Of a DNA stretch of 64,000 nt, positions 63,103-64,000 are shown piece by piece (the first letter of the stretch is position 1; each line of letters starts with the position of its first letter). A program made the position numbers and the translations under genes. The DNA is from Dimorphilus gyrociliatus (lineage: Eukaryota; Animalia; Annelida). Below the pieces are notes generated by a model. That model worked only from the letters and a program-made list of their open reading frames with translations, was not told the DNA's origin and made no database searches. The DNA lies in NCBI GenBank assembly GCA_904063045.1, contig CAJFCJ010000003.1:2528504-2592503 (forward strand). The letters are read 5' to 3'.

Positions 63103-64000
63103 ATGTACACACCGCAAAATAGAAAAGTTACTGATGATTTGTTTGGCTTGTCGACTACCCTAGATGTGACTACACCACCAAGTCTTTTACCAGACCAGAA
63201 TTTTTTGGGTGCACCTGGAGATTGGAATTATCCGAGCGATTTAACTCTTATTCCGTTTGGTGAATCTCCACCAAATTCTTTAATTGATTCTAATAATTGT
63301 GCTAGTTTATTGCCGTGTTTAACCGAATTGGAAAATGTAAAAACGGAAATTGAAATCGATACTCCCGAAGGATCTCCTTCGCCTGAAGTATCCACACCTA
63401 TTACAATAAATACTAAAATGTCTAATTATACGTGGCACAGTACTAGATCCTTTACTTCTACCGAAAGTCAGGTTGTAGTTGTTCCATCTGATGCGAGAAA
63501 AAGAAAAACGTCATTTCATTATGTTCAATTTCAAGGTTAAACACTTTTTTAATGGTTTAAGCACACTTGAAAGTACTAATGTTCAATTAACTCTTCAGGT
63601 TATAATAAAAAATCAGCGAAAAAAAGTCGAGAAATGACACCTCTATCTTCTCTTCTAACCGACTTTAATACTGATTCAAGCAAGCTTAACTTGAACACTT
63701 CAGCAAAAAAGATTAGCTTTACTTCAAAAGGAAACTTCGACTATCCATATCATTTAATAAATGGATCGCATAGAAAACGTAAATCAAAGAATTATGATGA
63801 TTCTAAAAAAGTAAGTTAGTCGATTAATTCATCTAGCTATTTTCGTTGCTTTGTACATTCGGTATGCTGAGTTATTAAATCTTCAAAAGGGTGCTGGGTC
63901 GTCCTCGTCTGCTTCTTCTACTTCGTCGTCATCATCCAGGAGTGCTATGAAAGGATCTTCACCAAATAGGGATACCTACCAAAGCCAAAGGTTGTTTGCC
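63103..64000 (+). CDS. 5' part of an unidentified Ser/Thr/Pro-rich protein, probably a transcription factor (runs off the window)
   Basis: Phase-consistent exons 63103-63536, 63599-63810, 63890->64000. Acidic/Pro-rich N-terminus, RKRK NLS-like motifs and a poly-Ser run; ends ...NRDTYQSQRLFA, which could lead into a C2H2 finger (inference only). Confidence 0.6.

Overview
AT-rich, gene-dense genomic DNA from an invertebrate animal with mostly tiny (about 50-90 nt) GT-AG introns. The compact architecture would fit a miniaturised lophotrochozoan genome such as the annelid Dimorphilus, but the species is only a guess. In order, the window holds: the 3' end of an unidentified gene; a small single-pass membrane ORF; a roughly 6 kb non-coding tract; neurogenin (-); and a 14-exon DNA polymerase theta gene (POLQ, -, 11109-36852, 1970 aa by my exon reconstruction). 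Four of five intronless orphan class A GPCR paralogues, an NHL-repeat gene, a putative TRADD-N-like gene and a deleted mariner transposon sit inside POLQ introns; the fifth GPCR lies just past its 3' end. After POLQ come AMN1, a head-to-head Syt9-class/Syt1-class synaptotagmin pair, Rab28, a Dlish/Vamana SH3 adaptor, RPL8 (5'TOP exon, two candidate intronic snoRNAs), an unknown coiled-coil gene, SF3B3 and the 5' part of a probable transcription factor. The most striking unexplained structure is the GPCR array threaded antisense through POLQ. Four of its five promoters carry a same-orientation CTCF-like motif 59-86 bp upstream of the ATG, and two opposite-orientation copies lie just left of the array. 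All identifications come from reading motifs and from recalled family knowledge; no database search was run.
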